A stretch of 64,000 nt of DNA from an uncultured Candidatus Rokubacteria bacterium. GTDB taxonomy: Bacteria > Methylomirabilota > Methylomirabilia > Rokubacteriales > CSP1-6. Positions within the stretch are counted from its first letter, which is position 1. Each line of letters begins with the position of its first letter. This document shows positions 42,495 through 54,073 of this stretch, in pieces. The position numbers and the translations under genes were made by a program. The DNA lies in NCBI GenBank assembly GCA_963758635.1, contig CAVWWD010000004.1:288001-352000 (forward strand), given 5' to 3'. The notes below the pieces were generated by a model. The model was not told the origin of the DNA, did no database searches, and saw nothing but the letters and a program-made list of their open reading frames with translations.

Positions 42495-44036
42495 GTGTCC
42501 CTGAACGACGAGACCGACCTGTCGCTCGAGTACCATCGGCGCACCGCGCACTCCCCGGCGTCGGTGCGCGCGTCGGGACGGCAGCTCGACTGGGACGTGA
42601 AGCCGTCCCCGTTCAAGATCTACCCGGACCTGCCGCCGATCGCGCTCTCCCGGGACCTGCCTCCGCTCGAGCCGGACACGTTCGCCGCGCTGTCGGGATC
42701 GCCGCCGCCCGCCGCTCCGCTCGACCGCGACCGGCTCGCCGCGCTCCTCTTCTTCGCCGCCGGCGTGACCCGCCGCGTGAGCTATCCGGGCGGCGGCGAG
42801 ACGTACTTCCGCGCCGCCGCGTCCACCGGCGCGCTCTACCAGACCGAGGTCTACGTGGTGGCCGGCGACGTCGACGGCGTGCCGCCGGGCGTCCATCACT
42901 ACTCGCCCGGCGACCACGCGCTCCGCGCGCTGCGCGACGGCGATTTTCGGGCCGTGCCCGCGGTGGCCGCGGCCGACGACGACCTCGCCGGCGCGGCCGC
43001 GACCGTCGTGCTGTCCGGCCTCTACTGGCGCAACACCTGGAAGTACGGGGCGCGCGGCTACCGTCACCTCTTCTGGGACGCGGGGACGATGCTCGCCAAC
43101 CTCCTCGCCGCGGCGAAGGCGCTGGGCCTGCCCGCGCGGATCGTGACCGGCTTCGTCGAGCGGGAGGTGAACGGGCTCCTCGGCCTCGACCCCGCCACGG
43201 AGGGCGCGCTGGTGCTCGTGCCCGTGGGCGCGCCCCGCGGCTCGGCGCCGGTGGCGCCCGTGGTCGCCCCGCTCGCCCACCGCGTGATCCCGCTCTCCGC
43301 GCGCGTGGTCGACGAGCCGCTCCTGCGCGAGGCCTACGCCGTCTCCTCGCTCGACTCGGAGGCGGAGGTGATGGACTGGCGCGAGCGCCCGGCCGGCGAG
43401 GCGCTTCCGGCCGGCGCGGCCAGCGTGGCGCTGCCCGCCCCGCGCGCCGCCGCGGGCCGGAGCCTCGGCGACACGATCCTCTCCCGCGGCTCGACGCGAC
43501 GCTTCTCCGGCGAGGCGATCACGCTGGCCGAGCTGTCGAGCGCGCTGTTCCACGCGACGCGGCCGGCGCCCGCGGACGTGCCGGACGGGCTGGTGGACCT
43601 CTACGTGGCCGTGCACGCGGTGGACGGGCTGGCCGCGGGCGCGTACGCGTACCGGCCGCGCGAGCACGCCCTCGATCTCCTGAGAGCGGGGGACGTCCGG
43701 GCCGACTCCGCGTTCCTCTGCCTGGAGCAGGCCCTCGGCGGCACGGGGAGCGCCACCGTGTTCTTCCTGGCCGACCTCGGGCAAGTGCTCGGGCGCTTCG
43801 GCAACCGCGGCTATCGGGCGGCCAACCTGGAGGCGGGGCTGATCGGCGGCCGCCTCTACCTGGGCGCCTACGCCCAGCGGTTCGGCGCCACCGGGCTCAC
43901 GTTCTACGACGACGACGTGGTGCGCTTCTTCTCGCCCCACGCCGCGGGCAAGGACGCCATCTTCGTCACCGCGCTCGGCCGCTCCGTGCGCGCCGGTGCT
44001 GCGCCGATCCCCGTGCGCGACCGCCTGCGCGGCTGA
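42495..44036 (+). CDS. SagB/ThcOx-like tandem nitroreductase
   Basis: RAAASTGALYQTE, WKYGARGYR, second domain RGYRAANLEAG...GATGLTFYDD. Confidence 0.82.
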   Translation: MSLNDETDLSLEYHRRTAHSPASVRASGRQLDWDVKPSPFKIYPDLPPIALSRDLPPLEPDTFAALSGSPPPAAPLDRDRLAALLFFAAGVTRRVSYPGGGETYFRAAASTGALYQTEVYVVAGDVDGVPPGVHHYSPGDHALRALRDGDFRAVPAVAAADDDLAGAAATVVLSGLYWRNTWKYGARGYRHLFWDAGTMLANLLAAAKALGLPARIVTGFVEREVNGLLGLDPATEGALVLVPVGAPRGSAPVAPVVAPLAHRVIPLSARVVDEPLLREAYAVSSLDSEAEVMDWRERPAGEALPAGAASVALPAPRAAAGRSLGDTILSRGSTRRFSGEAITLAELSSALFHATRPAPADVPDGLVDLYVAVHAVDGLAAGAYAYRPREHALDLLRAGDVRADSAFLCLEQALGGTGSATVFFLADLGQVLGRFGNRGYRAANLEAGLIGGRLYLGAYAQRFGATGLTFYDDDVVRFFSPHAAGKDAIFVTALGRSVRAGAAPIPVRDRLRG

Positions 44037-44042
44037 CGCGCG

Positions 44043-44537
44043 TCAGAAGTACGCGAGTAGCCTCCCGCAGCTCACCGCGCCCGTCCAGCACACCAGCGAG
44101 ATCGCGGCGGCCAGCCTGGCGCGGGCCGGGGCGTCCACGCCGGTGTCCCACGCGGCGACGCCGCGGAACGGCCAGCGGTCGAACGCGGCGGCGTTCAGCA
44201 CGGCGACCAGGATCAGCACGAGCTTGAGGCGGAACGCCGGGTTGTCCGCGAACTCGGTGGCGTGGGCGGCGAACATCATCGCGCCCGTGGGCGCCACCAC
44301 GCCGAAGGCGCCGCGCGCCCAGCGGAGGAGGTGACGCGCGAGGGCGCTGACCGGCAAGCCCCGGCCGAGCCCGAGCAGGCGGAGGTCGAAGAAGAATCCC
44401 GCGCCGACCACGACGATGAAGCCCAGGATGTGGAGGATCTCGACGATCGGGTAGAGCCACTGCCACTGGCGCATGGCCACGGCCAGCGCTGAGGTCTCGA
44501 GCCAGACGAGCCAGGCCGCGCCCTCCGGAGGATGCAT
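44043..44537 (-). CDS. DUF6644-like membrane protein
   Basis: WLYPIVEILHILG, DLRLLG, NPAFRLK, GRLLAYF; several TM segments. Confidence 0.7.
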   Translation of the reverse strand: MHPPEGAAWLVWLETSALAVAMRQWQWLYPIVEILHILGFIVVVGAGFFFDLRLLGLGRGLPVSALARHLLRWARGAFGVVAPTGAMMFAAHATEFADNPAFRLKLVLILVAVLNAAAFDRWPFRGVAAWDTGVDAPARARLAAAISLVCWTGAVSCGRLLAYF

Positions 44538-44568
44538 CAGGGCGCCGGCCGCCGGGCCCGGCGGCCGG

Positions 44569-44925
44569 TCATCGGAGCTCGGTGGTCTTGCCGTCGATCG
44601 TGATCCGCTCGGCCCGGAGCTCGTCGCCGTCGGTGCGGTGCGGGTAGCCGACCACGGTGGCCGTCACGCCCGCCTTCAGCATCGCCCGGGGCAGCCCGCG
44701 GTTCTCCATGCGGGTGGGCGGCGCCAGCACCACGACCCAGAGCTTGCCGGGCGTCTGGAGCTTCACGTAGCCATGCGGGTGCTCGTAGCCCGCCTCGGCG
44801 ATGGAGCCGGAGAGCGTCATCTCCCGCGCGGCGTCGTAGCTGCTCCACCCGTGGTGGGCCGCCGCGGCGCCGGCGAGCGCGAGGAGAGAGGCGGCGAGCG
44901 CGGAGACGAGCACGGCGTGTCGCAT
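44569..44925 (-). CDS. DUF6152-like secreted protein
   Basis: Signal peptide, AHHGWSSYD, HPH, G..ATVVGYP...ELRAERI. Confidence 0.75.
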   Translation of the reverse strand: MRHAVLVSALAASLLALAGAAAAHHGWSSYDAAREMTLSGSIAEAGYEHPHGYVKLQTPGKLWVVVLAPPTRMENRGLPRAMLKAGVTATVVGYPHRTDGDELRAERITIDGKTTELR

Positions 44926-45036
44926 CGATTGCTCCCTTCGGCCCCCAGGATACATGGGAGCGCCGCCGGCGCCCACGGGCGGACGGGACTGGGGCGGGAC
45001 GGGGGAACCCCGTATACTCGGCGGGGCGGATCATCG

Positions 45037-46029
45037 ATGAATCCCTGGCCCATCGTCTGGACGCTGCTGCTCCTCGCCGCGACCGTCGCCGCTCCCGCGC
45101 CGGCCGACGCGCAGAGCCCGCGCGTGTACCGCATCGGGGTCATCGCCAACGCGCTCGAGACCGCGGACGGGCCGAACTTCGAGGCGTTCCTGGCCGGCCT
45201 CGCCAAGCTGGGCTACATCGGGGACAAGAACCTCGACATCGTGTGGCGCTCCTCGGAGGGCGACTTCGAGGCGCTCCCTGGCCTGGCCGCCGACCTCGTC
45301 CGCTCGAAGGTGGACCTGATCGTGGCGACCTCGCTCCAGCCCGCGCGGGCCGCCGCCGCCGCGACCAAGACGATCCCCATCGTGTTCGTGGTCGGCGCCG
45401 ATCCGGTCGCGCACGGCCTGGTCGCAAACGTCGGGCGCCCGGGGGGCAACGTTACCGGCTTCGCCACGTACCAGCCCGTGGAGCTCGGCAGCCGGGTGGT
45501 CCAGCTCCTCCGCGAGGTCTCCCCCGGCCTGTCCCGCCTGGCCGTGCTCACGAACCCGTCGAACCCGGTGCATCGCGAGCTGATGTCGCAGCCGCTCGCC
45601 ACCGCCGCGCAGAAGGCGGCGATGACGCTGGTCCCGCTGGAGATCCGCGCGCTCAACGAGCTGCCGGGCGCCTTCGAGATGGCGACCCGCGAGCGCGCCC
45701 AGGCGCTCTACGTGCTCGGCGACATCCTCGCGTTCATCTACCGGACGCGCATCGTGGACCTCGCCGCGCGCAACCGGCTCCCCGCGATCTACTCGTCGCG
45801 GCGGGCGGTGGAGGTGGGCGGGCTCATGTCCTACGGCCCGGACCTGCGCGACCTGTTCCGGCGCGCGGCGGTCTACGCGGATCGGATCCTCAAGGGCGCG
45901 CGGCCGGGAGAGCTGGCGGTGGAGCAGCCCACGAAGTTCGAGCTGGCGGTGAACCTCAAGACGGCGCGGGCGCTCGGGATCACCATCCCCGAGTCGGTCC
46001 GGCGCCGCGCCGATCACGTCATCCAGTAG
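45037..46029 (+). CDS. ABC transporter substrate-binding protein (ABC_sub_bind type)
   Basis: RPGGNVTG, GGLMSYG, ILKGARP, EQPTKFELAVNLKTARALG. Confidence 0.92.
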   Translation: MNPWPIVWTLLLLAATVAAPAPADAQSPRVYRIGVIANALETADGPNFEAFLAGLAKLGYIGDKNLDIVWRSSEGDFEALPGLAADLVRSKVDLIVATSLQPARAAAAATKTIPIVFVVGADPVAHGLVANVGRPGGNVTGFATYQPVELGSRVVQLLREVSPGLSRLAVLTNPSNPVHRELMSQPLATAAQKAAMTLVPLEIRALNELPGAFEMATRERAQALYVLGDILAFIYRTRIVDLAARNRLPAIYSSRRAVEVGGLMSYGPDLRDLFRRAAVYADRILKGARPGELAVEQPTKFELAVNLKTARALGITIPESVRRRADHVIQ

Positions 46030-46056
46030 CGGCGGCCGGGAGGTAGCGGCCAGCGT

Positions 46057-49000
46057 CTAGCGGAGGCAGCGCTCGAGCAGCCGGGCGAGGTCTCCCACCA
46101 TGGGCTCGGCGAGCAGCGTGGGCTCGTGGCCCCGGCAGCTCGTGGATCGCGACGCTTCCGCCGCCGAGTCCCTTCCAGCCGAGCCAGGGATCGCCGTGGT
46201 GCCGGGCGGGAAGCTCGCTCCACCGGAACAGCGTGATGGTCCCCGGGTAGACCTCTGGACGGTAGGAGCGCGCGGCCGCGATGGCGGCCGCCTCCACGCG
46301 CTCGACGGCGGCGTCGAGCGCTGACGGAATCTGCCGCCACGCCCCGATCCTCTCCCGCGCGGACGTGGCCGCGCGCCCCACGCCCATCGCCACCGCCTCG
46401 CGCATCCGGCCGAGCACGTAGCCGGGGCGCTCGGCCGGCATGCGCCGGAGCAGGTGGTCCAGCTCGAACCTCGCCCGCAGCCGTAGGTCTCGCGCGACCC
46501 TGCGGCCGCGGGGCAGCGGCGGCCGGCGATAGGTCTGGAGGAGGGCGAGCAGCGCTACCTCCTCGCCGGCCGCGACGAGCTGCCGGGCCATCTCGAAGGC
46601 CACGGTGCCGCCGAAGCAGTAGCCGGCGAGCGCGTACGGCCCGCGCGGCTGGACCGCCCGGATCTCGCCCAGGTAGTGCGCCGCCATCGCCTCGATGCTC
46701 GCGTGCGGCTCGTCGCGGCCGTCGAGCCCGCGGGCCTCGAGGCCGAACACGGGCTGGTCGGGCCCGAGGGCGTCGGCCAGCTCGCGGTAGCACAGGACGT
46801 GTCCGCCGTGCGGGTGCACGCAGAAGAGCGGCCGCTTGCCGCCGCGTGGCTGGATCGCGACCAGGCATGACCGCGGTGGCGCCCAGCCCTTCGCGCGGAG
46901 CCGCTCGGCCAGCAGCTCGACCGTGGGCGCTTCGAAGAGCGTGGCCAGCGGAAGCCGCCGGCCGGAGCGCCGCTCGATCTCGGCGAAGAGACGCGCGGCG
47001 AGGAGGGAATGGCCGCCCAGCTCGAAGAAGCTCTCGCGGATCCCCACCGGGCGCACCTGCAGCAGGGACTCCCAGATCTTCGCCAGCTCGGTCTCCACGC
47101 CGTCGCGGGGCAGCACCGAGCCGGCCGCGCAGTCGAGCGCGGGCGCAGGCAGCGCCTTCCGGTCGATCTTCCCGTTGGGTGTGAGCGGCAGGCCGTCGAG
47201 GAGCACGAGCGCCGCGGGCACCATGTAGGCCGGGAGCCGGTCCCGGAGGAACGTGGTGATCTCGGCCGTCGTGGCCGCGGCGCCCTGCGCGAGCTCGACG
47301 TAGCCGACCAGCGACGGCTGTCCGGCCACGTCTTCCCGCAGCACGACGACGCTGGCGCGCACTCCGGGATGGCGGGAGAGCGTGGCGTCGATCTCATCCA
47401 GCTCGATGCGGTGTCCGCGCAGCTTGACTTGATGGTCCAGGCGGCCCAGGAACTCGAGGCTTCCGTCCTCCAGGTAGCGCGCGAGGTCACCCGTGCGGTA
47501 GAGACGGGCACCGCCGAAGGGGTCCGGCACGAAGCGCTCCGCCTCCACGTCGCGCGCGAGTTCGCCCGTCCGGTAGAAACGGACCGCGCCGAACGGATCG
47601 GGCACGAAACGCTCCGCGGTGCGCACGGGATCGTGGAGGTACCCGCGGCCCACGCCGACGCCAGCCACGCAGAGCTCGCCGGCCACGCCCACTGGCACCA
47701 CGTCGCCGCCGCGGTCGAGGATGTAGATGCGCGTGTTCAGGATCGGCCGGCCGATCGGCACGCGTGCCGCGTCAGCGGGCGGCGCGGCCCTCACCACGTG
47801 GTGGGTCACGTCGTCCGAGCACTCCGTGGGCCCGTACGCGTTCACGAGAGGGATGGTGGGATACCGGCCGAGCCAGCGGCGGCACAGCTCGGGCGGCAGG
47901 GCCTCGCCGGTGGCGATGAGCCAGCGCAGGCGCGCCAGATCGAGCCCGTCGGCGGCGGGCTCCTCCAGCGTGACCGCGAGCAGCGACGGGACCACCTGGA
48001 GGATCGAGACGCCCTCGCGCGCCACGAGCTCGAGGAGGCGGCGCGGATCGTGCGCCGTCTCGTCGCCGACGATGCGCGTGCACCCGCCCACGACGAGCGC
48101 GGACAGGAATTGCCACACCGAGATGTCAAAGCACTGCGACGCGGTCTGCGCCACGGTGTCGTCCGCGGTGAGGCGCAGTGCGTCGACCTTGGCATGGAGG
48201 TGGTTGAGCATGCCGGCGTGCTCGACCATGGCGCCCTTCGGCACGCCCGTGGAGCCCGAGGTGTAGATCACGTAGGCGAGGTCCCGCGGCCCTGAGCGCG
48301 GGGGGAGGTCCGTGTCCGCGTGGCCCTCGGCGAGCGCCTCCGCCACGGTGAGGACCGCTGGCCGCGGCCCGTCGGGAAGCGACGCGAGGGCGCGATCGAT
48401 CGCGGGGCGGAGGTCCGGCGCGACGATCACCAGGCTCGCTCGGCTCTGGCCCAGCACCTCGGCGAGACGGCCCGCCGGATGCCGGGGATCCAGGGGGAGG
48501 TACGCGCCGCCCGCCTTCCAGACGCCGAGGATGGCCAGCAAGAGGTCGTTGTCGCGCTCGCCAAGGAGCGCCACCACCCGATCTGGACCGATCCCGCGCT
48601 CGACCAGCGCCCGCCCCAGGCGGTTCGCGCGCGCGTTCAGCTCGGCGTACGCGAGCGACTCGCGGTCGTCCACGGCGGCCACCACGGTGGGCGTCCGCGC
48701 CGCCCACTCCGCCAGGATCTCCGGGACGCGGCGGTCGAGGGCCACGCGTCGATCGGTGGCGTTCCACTCCTCCACCAGGCGGCGGCGCTCGGACGCGTCG
48801 AGCAGTGGCAGCGACGACACCGTGCGGCTCGGGTCGGCGACCAGGCCCTCGACGAGGCGCCGGAAGCGCGTGGCGAGCCGCGCGATGCTCGGGCGATCGA
48901 ACAGGTCCGTGCTGAACTCGAAGGCGCAGTCGAAGCCGTCCTCCGTGTCGGCCACGTCCACGATGAGGTCGAAAGGCACGGTGCCCCACTCCACGTCGGC

Positions 49001-51887
49001 CTCGCCGACCGCGACCCCCGCCATCTCGTGCGCGCGACGCCGCTCGCCACGGTAGTTGATCACCACCTGGAAGATCGGCGTTCGGCTCGGGTCGCGCGAG
49101 GGCTGCACTGCCTCCACGATCTTCTCGAACGGCACGCCCTGGTGCGCGAAGGCGCCGAGCGCGGACTCCCGCACGCGCCCGAGCAGCTCGAGGCCGGTGG
49201 GATCGCCGCCCAGGTCGGTGCGGATCGGGAGGAGGTTCATGAAGCACCCGATCAGGCCTTCCACCTCCGACACGGCGCGTCCGGCCACCAGCGTCCCGAC
49301 GATCACGTCGTCCTGGCCCGCGTAGCGACCCACGAGCGCCTGGAGCGCGGCGGTGAGCGTCATGAAGGCCGTGACGCCTTCGCGGACGCTTGCCGCGCGG
49401 ACGCGGGCGCTCAGCTCGCGGCCCAGCCGGAGCCGCTCGCGCGCGCCGGAGAACGTCTGCGACGGGGGGGCGGCGCCGGTCCGTCGGGAGCTCCGCCCCC
49501 GCGCACCCGGCGAGCTGCGCGCGCCAGTACGCGAGGCCGTCGGCGAGCGTTGCGTCGTCCTGCGACCGCCGCTGCCACCGCGCGAAGTCGCCGTACTGCA
49601 CGGGCAGAGGGGGAAGCGCCTGCGCCGCCCGCTCGGTCAGGCTCCGGTAGCCCGAGACGAGCTCCTCGACGAAGACGCCGTGCGACCAGCCGTCGAAGAC
49701 GCTGTGATGGACCACCACGACCAGCACGTGCTGGCGCTCGTCCACGCAGAGGAGCAGGGCCCGGAGGAGCGGTCCCTGGGCGAGGTCGAAGGGCCGGCGC
49801 GCCTCGGCCGCGGCGAGCTCGTGCGCGCGGGCCATCCGCTCGCTCGCGGGCAGGCCGGAGAGGTCCCGCACCGGCAGCTCGACCTCCAGCGTGTCCAGCA
49901 CTGTCGGGACGGGAAGCCCGTCGATCATGGGGAACGTCGTGCGCAGCGCCTCGTGCCGGCGGACGATGCTCGACAGCGCGCCGGCGAGCGCCGCCACGTC
50001 GAGCGCCCCGCCGAGAGTGAGGGCCATCGGGCGGTTGTGGACGGGACTCTCGGGGGCGAGCTGATGCAGGAACCACAGGCGCTCCTGGGAGAAGGACAGC
50101 GGGGCGGGGCCGGCCTCGGCCGCGAGAGCCGCGACGGGGCCGCGCGCGCCCGCCGCCGTGGACCTGTCCAGGTCCGCGGCCAGGGCGGCCACGGTGCGCG
50201 CCACGAACACCTGCACCAGCGGCAGATCGACCGAGAGCGCCGACCGGATCCGCGCGGCGAGCTGCGCCGCGCGCAGGGAGTCGGCGCCGAGCTCGAAGAG
50301 ATCGTCGTCCACACCGACGTCCGGGACGCGAAGCACGTCGGTAGCGAGCGCGACCAGGCGGGCCTCGAGCGGCGTCCGCGGGGCGGCCCGCGCCGCGGTT
50401 CGACCGGCGGCGCCCAGCGTGTCCGCGAGCGCGCGGCGCTGGACCTTGCCGGTGGACCCGGCGGGAAGGGCGTCGAGGACGTGGATGGGCCCCGGCACCT
50501 TGAAGGCGGCGAGCCGCTCGGCCACGAAGCGCCGCAGCTCCTCGGCGCGCACGCTCCGGCCGCTCCGGAGGACCACCGCGGCGGCCACGTCCTCGCCCAG
50601 CGTGGGATGCGGCACGCCGAACGCCGCGGCCTGCGCGACCGCGGGATGCTCGGCGAGGGCCTCGTCCACCTCGCGCGGCGAGATCTTCTCGCCGCCCCGG
50701 TTGATCAGCTCCTTGAGGCGCCCGGTGATGAACACGTAGCCGTCGGCGTCGCGGAGCCCGAGGTCGCCCGTGCGGAGCCAGCCATCGGGGTCGCTGGCGG
50801 CGACGTTGTCGCCGCCTGATGGCGATCTCGCCGGTCTCGCCCGCGGGCGAGCCGGCGCCCGTGCTCGTCCAGCACGGCGACCTCGGTGCCGACCGGCGAG
50901 GCCCACCGATCCCGGCTTTCGCGCGGCCGGGCGGCAGCGGGTTGCTGGCGATCTGGTGCGTCGCCTCCGTCATCCCGTACGCCTCGATCACCGGCACCCC
51001 GAAGGCCTCCTCCAGCTCGGCGGCCACGGCGGGCGCGAGCGCGGCCGAGGCAGGAACGGATGAGCCGCAACGACCCGCGCGCGGCGCCCGGGCCGCGTCG
51101 CCCGAGCTCGTCCAGCACGGCGCGGTGGATGGTGGGCACGGCGGAGTACCAGGTCGGACGGTGGTCGGCGAGCGCGTCGAAGAATCCCGCCGCGCTGAAC
51201 GGCCCCGGACACACGATGCCGCCTCCCGCACGGAGCGCGGCGAGGGTGACCATGATCCCGTGGATGTGGAAGAGCGGCATCACGGTGAGGCCGCGATCGG
51301 ACTCGTCGAGCGCGAGCGCGGCAGCGATGTTGCGGCACGACGCGGCCAGGCTGGCGCGCGTCAGAGCGATGAGCTTCGGCCGCCCGGTGGTGCCGGAGGT
51401 GTGCAGGAGGATCGCGGCGCGCTCCGGCGCCGGCCGTCGCGGTGTGGGCCGCGTGTCCGCGTGGAGCGTGAGGCCGCCGGCGCGCGCGCCCGGCGACATC
51501 TCGATCAGGGCGATCCCGCGTGAGCGCGCGACCTCGCGCGCCGCGGACACGACGCCCGTCTCCACCACGATCGCGCTCGGGTCGAGGTCGGCGAGGAGGA
51601 GGTCCAGCTCTCCGGCCCGGAGCGCGGGATTGAGCGGCGCGCAGGCCGCGTGGGTGGTGAGCGCGACGAGCGCCACCGCCGTCTCCGGGGACTGGCCGCC
51701 CACCAGGGCCACCGTGTGCTCCGGCCCCACGCCCGAGCGCCTCGAGGGTCGCCCCGGCCTGCCGGACCTCGCGCCGCAGGTCCTCGTGGGTGAGGGGAGC
51801 GCGTCCAGACGCCGAGACCGCGACCACGTCGAGATGCCGGCGCAGGCTCTCGTTCGGTCGATCGACAATGGAGATGGTGGAACGCAT
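46057..51887 (-). CDS. Nonribosomal peptide synthetase: acyl-CoA-ligase-like A-T-C-A-T-TE (several frameshifts; start approximate)
   Basis: HTSGTTGRPK, MPLFHIHG, EAYGMTE; T domain GADSL; C domain HHSVFDG; A domain YTSGSTGVPKG, NAYGPTE, YRTGD, NGK; T domain GGHSL; TE GYCFGG; corrected-frame stop at 46057-46059. Confidence 0.88.
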
Positions 51888-52163
51888 CGGGAATCGGTGA
51901 CCCGATGTTCAAGCAAGTTCCAAGCCAGCTGAGGACGCGTTGTCCGGAGCGGAGTTTGAGAGGCGCGGTCTGTGGGCCCGCACCGGGGTCTGTAAAGAGT
52001 CACGACGGTCAGCCCCGCCTGCGCCACCGGTCGTCGTAGGGAGGCCCCCACGAGCGGGGCCGATGTGCTCCGGAGCGGCCTCGAATTGCACGGCCACGCG
52101 CGCTTCTGATACGGTAGGCCTGCGCCGCGCCCTCGAATGGCCCGCGCCCCAGGAGCCGCCGCG

Positions 52164-53308
52164 ATGAAGAAGTACTACCTGATGGCGCCCGGTCCCACGC
52201 CCGTGCCCGAGCGACGTGCTGCTCGCGATGGCGCAGCCGATGATCCACCATCGCACGCCGGAGTACGAGGCGCTCTCGCTGGACGTGCGCGCCGGGCTCA
52301 AGCGGCTCTTCCAGACCACGCCAGGACGTGCTCCCGTTCGCGTGCTCGGGCACCGGCGCCATGGAGGCGGCGGTCGCGAACACCCTCTCGCCCGGCGACA
52401 CCGCCATCGTGCTCCACGCCGGCAAGTTCGCCGAGCGCTGGGAGGAGATCTGCCGCGCCTACGGCGTCCAGGTCGTGGCCGTCGCGGCGCCCTTCGGCGA
52501 GACGGTGCCCGCGCCGCGGATCGACGAGGCCCTGCGCCAGCACCGGGGCGCGCGCGCCGTGCTCATGCAGCAGAGCGAGTCCTCCACCGGCGTGCTCCAC
52601 GACGTGCAGGCCGTCGCCGCGGTCACGCGCGGCACCGACGCCATCCTCGTGGTGGACGCGGTGTCGAGCCTCGGCATCGCCGATCTCCAGATGGACGCGT
52701 GGGGCGTGGACGTGGTGGTCTCCGGATCGCAGAAGGGCCTCATGCTGCCGCCCGGCGTCGCGTTCTGCGCCGTGTCCGAGAAGGCGTGGGGTCACGTGAA
52801 GAGCGCCAGGCTGCCGCGCTACTACTTCGACTTCCTCGCCGAGAAGAAGTCGACCGATCGCGGCGAGCCGCGCTTCACGCCCGCGGTGGGCATCATGCTC
52901 GGGCTCCGCGAGGTCTTCCGGATGCTGGAGGCCGAGGGGCTGCCCGCCGTGTTCCGCCGTCACGACCGCCTCGCGCGCGCCACGCGCGCCGGCGTCCGTG
53001 GCCTCGGCCTCGAGGTGTTCGCGCGGGCCACGCCGAGCCCGGCCCTCACCGCGGCGGTGGCGCCGCCGGCCGTGGACAGCGAGAAGATCCTCGCCACGTA
53101 CGGCAGCTCGCACAACATCACGATCGCGGGCGGCCAGGGCGAGATGAAGGGGCGGGTCTTCCGCCTCGGCCACATGGGCTACGTCGGCGACTTCGACGTC
53201 ATCACGGCGCTGGCCGCCCTGGAGCAGGTCCTGGACGAGCTCGGCCACCCGGTCGAGTGGGGCGCCGCGGTGCGCGCCGCCCAGCAGGTCTTCGCGGAGC
53301 GCGCCTGA
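52164..53308 (+). CDS. Class V PLP aminotransferase (alanine-glyoxylate/serine-pyruvate family; frameshifted N-terminus)
   Basis: LMAPGPTPVP, SGTGAMEAA, ESSTGV, VDAVSS, GSQKGLMLPPG, FRLGHMG. Confidence 0.9.
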
Positions 53309-53360
53309 CGGCCGGCCGCGGCCGCTCGAGCGCCCCCCAAGAAACCATGAGCCGCCGGAC

Positions 53361-53987
53361 ATGGGCCTGAGACTGTTCCTCGTCCGTCACGCCGAGACCG
53401 CGTGGAATCGCGAGCGCCGCTACCAGGGCTGGGCGGACACGCCGCTGTCCGAGACCGGCCGCGGCCAGGCCGAGGCCGTCGCCCGCGCCCTCGGCGCGCA
53501 GTCGCTCGCCGCCGTCTACTCGAGCCCGCTCCAGCGCGCCCGCGACACCGCGGTGGCGATCGCCCGGGCGCAGGGCCACGCCGTCCGCTCCGAGGCGGCG
53601 TTCAAGGAGATGGGCTTCGGCCGCTGGGAGGGCCTCACCGTGGACGAGGCGCGCGCCCTCGATCCCGGGCTCTACCAGGCCTGGCTCGATTCGCCGGTGA
53701 AGATCACCCCGCCCGGCGCGGAGAGCCTGGACGCCGTGCGGGCCCGCGTGCTCGCCGGCCTGGAGGCGGTGCGCGCCGAGCACGACGAGAAGTCGGTGTG
53801 CCTGGTGACCCACGCCGTGGTCGCGCGCGTGCTGATCCTGGAGGCCCTCGGGCTGCCGCTCGATCGCCTGTGGACGCTCACCGTGTCCGCCACCGGCATC
53901 TCGGAGCTCGAGTTCCGGCCCGACTGGACGGCCGTCCATCGCATGAACACGCGCGTGCACCTGGACGCGCTGCCCGGGAGCCGCTGA
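53361..53987 (+). CDS. Histidine phosphatase superfamily protein
   Basis: LVRHAET.WN, YSSPLQRA, E..FG.WEG, LVTH. Confidence 0.9.
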   Translation: MGLRLFLVRHAETAWNRERRYQGWADTPLSETGRGQAEAVARALGAQSLAAVYSSPLQRARDTAVAIARAQGHAVRSEAAFKEMGFGRWEGLTVDEARALDPGLYQAWLDSPVKITPPGAESLDAVRARVLAGLEAVRAEHDEKSVCLVTHAVVARVLILEALGLPLDRLWTLTVSATGISELEFRPDWTAVHRMNTRVHLDALPGSR

Positions 53988-53988
53988 T

Positions 53989-54065
53989 GACTCTCGCAAG
54001 ATCGGGCCGTCGGCGCTGGCCTCGTGAACTCAGCCCCTCTTACGTTGCTCAATTGCGCGGGGCTC
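53989..54065 (+). mobile_element. Diverged copy D of the ~75-bp element family (ends only)
   Basis: Ends in TGCGCGGGGCTC like copies A and B; starts GACTCTCGCA like B (GACTCGCA); similar length; interior does not align. Confidence 0.4.
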
Positions 54066-54073
54066 ATTGACCC

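Noticed and set aside
42495..44036. RiPP (azole) cluster suggested by the SagB-like gene
   Set aside because: No YcaO, precursor peptide or transporter nearby; the gene follows mtnA in a housekeeping run.
51890..52160. Riboswitch upstream of the aminotransferase
   Set aside because: No recognisable glycine, SAM or other aptamer consensus by eye; an Rfam scan would be needed.
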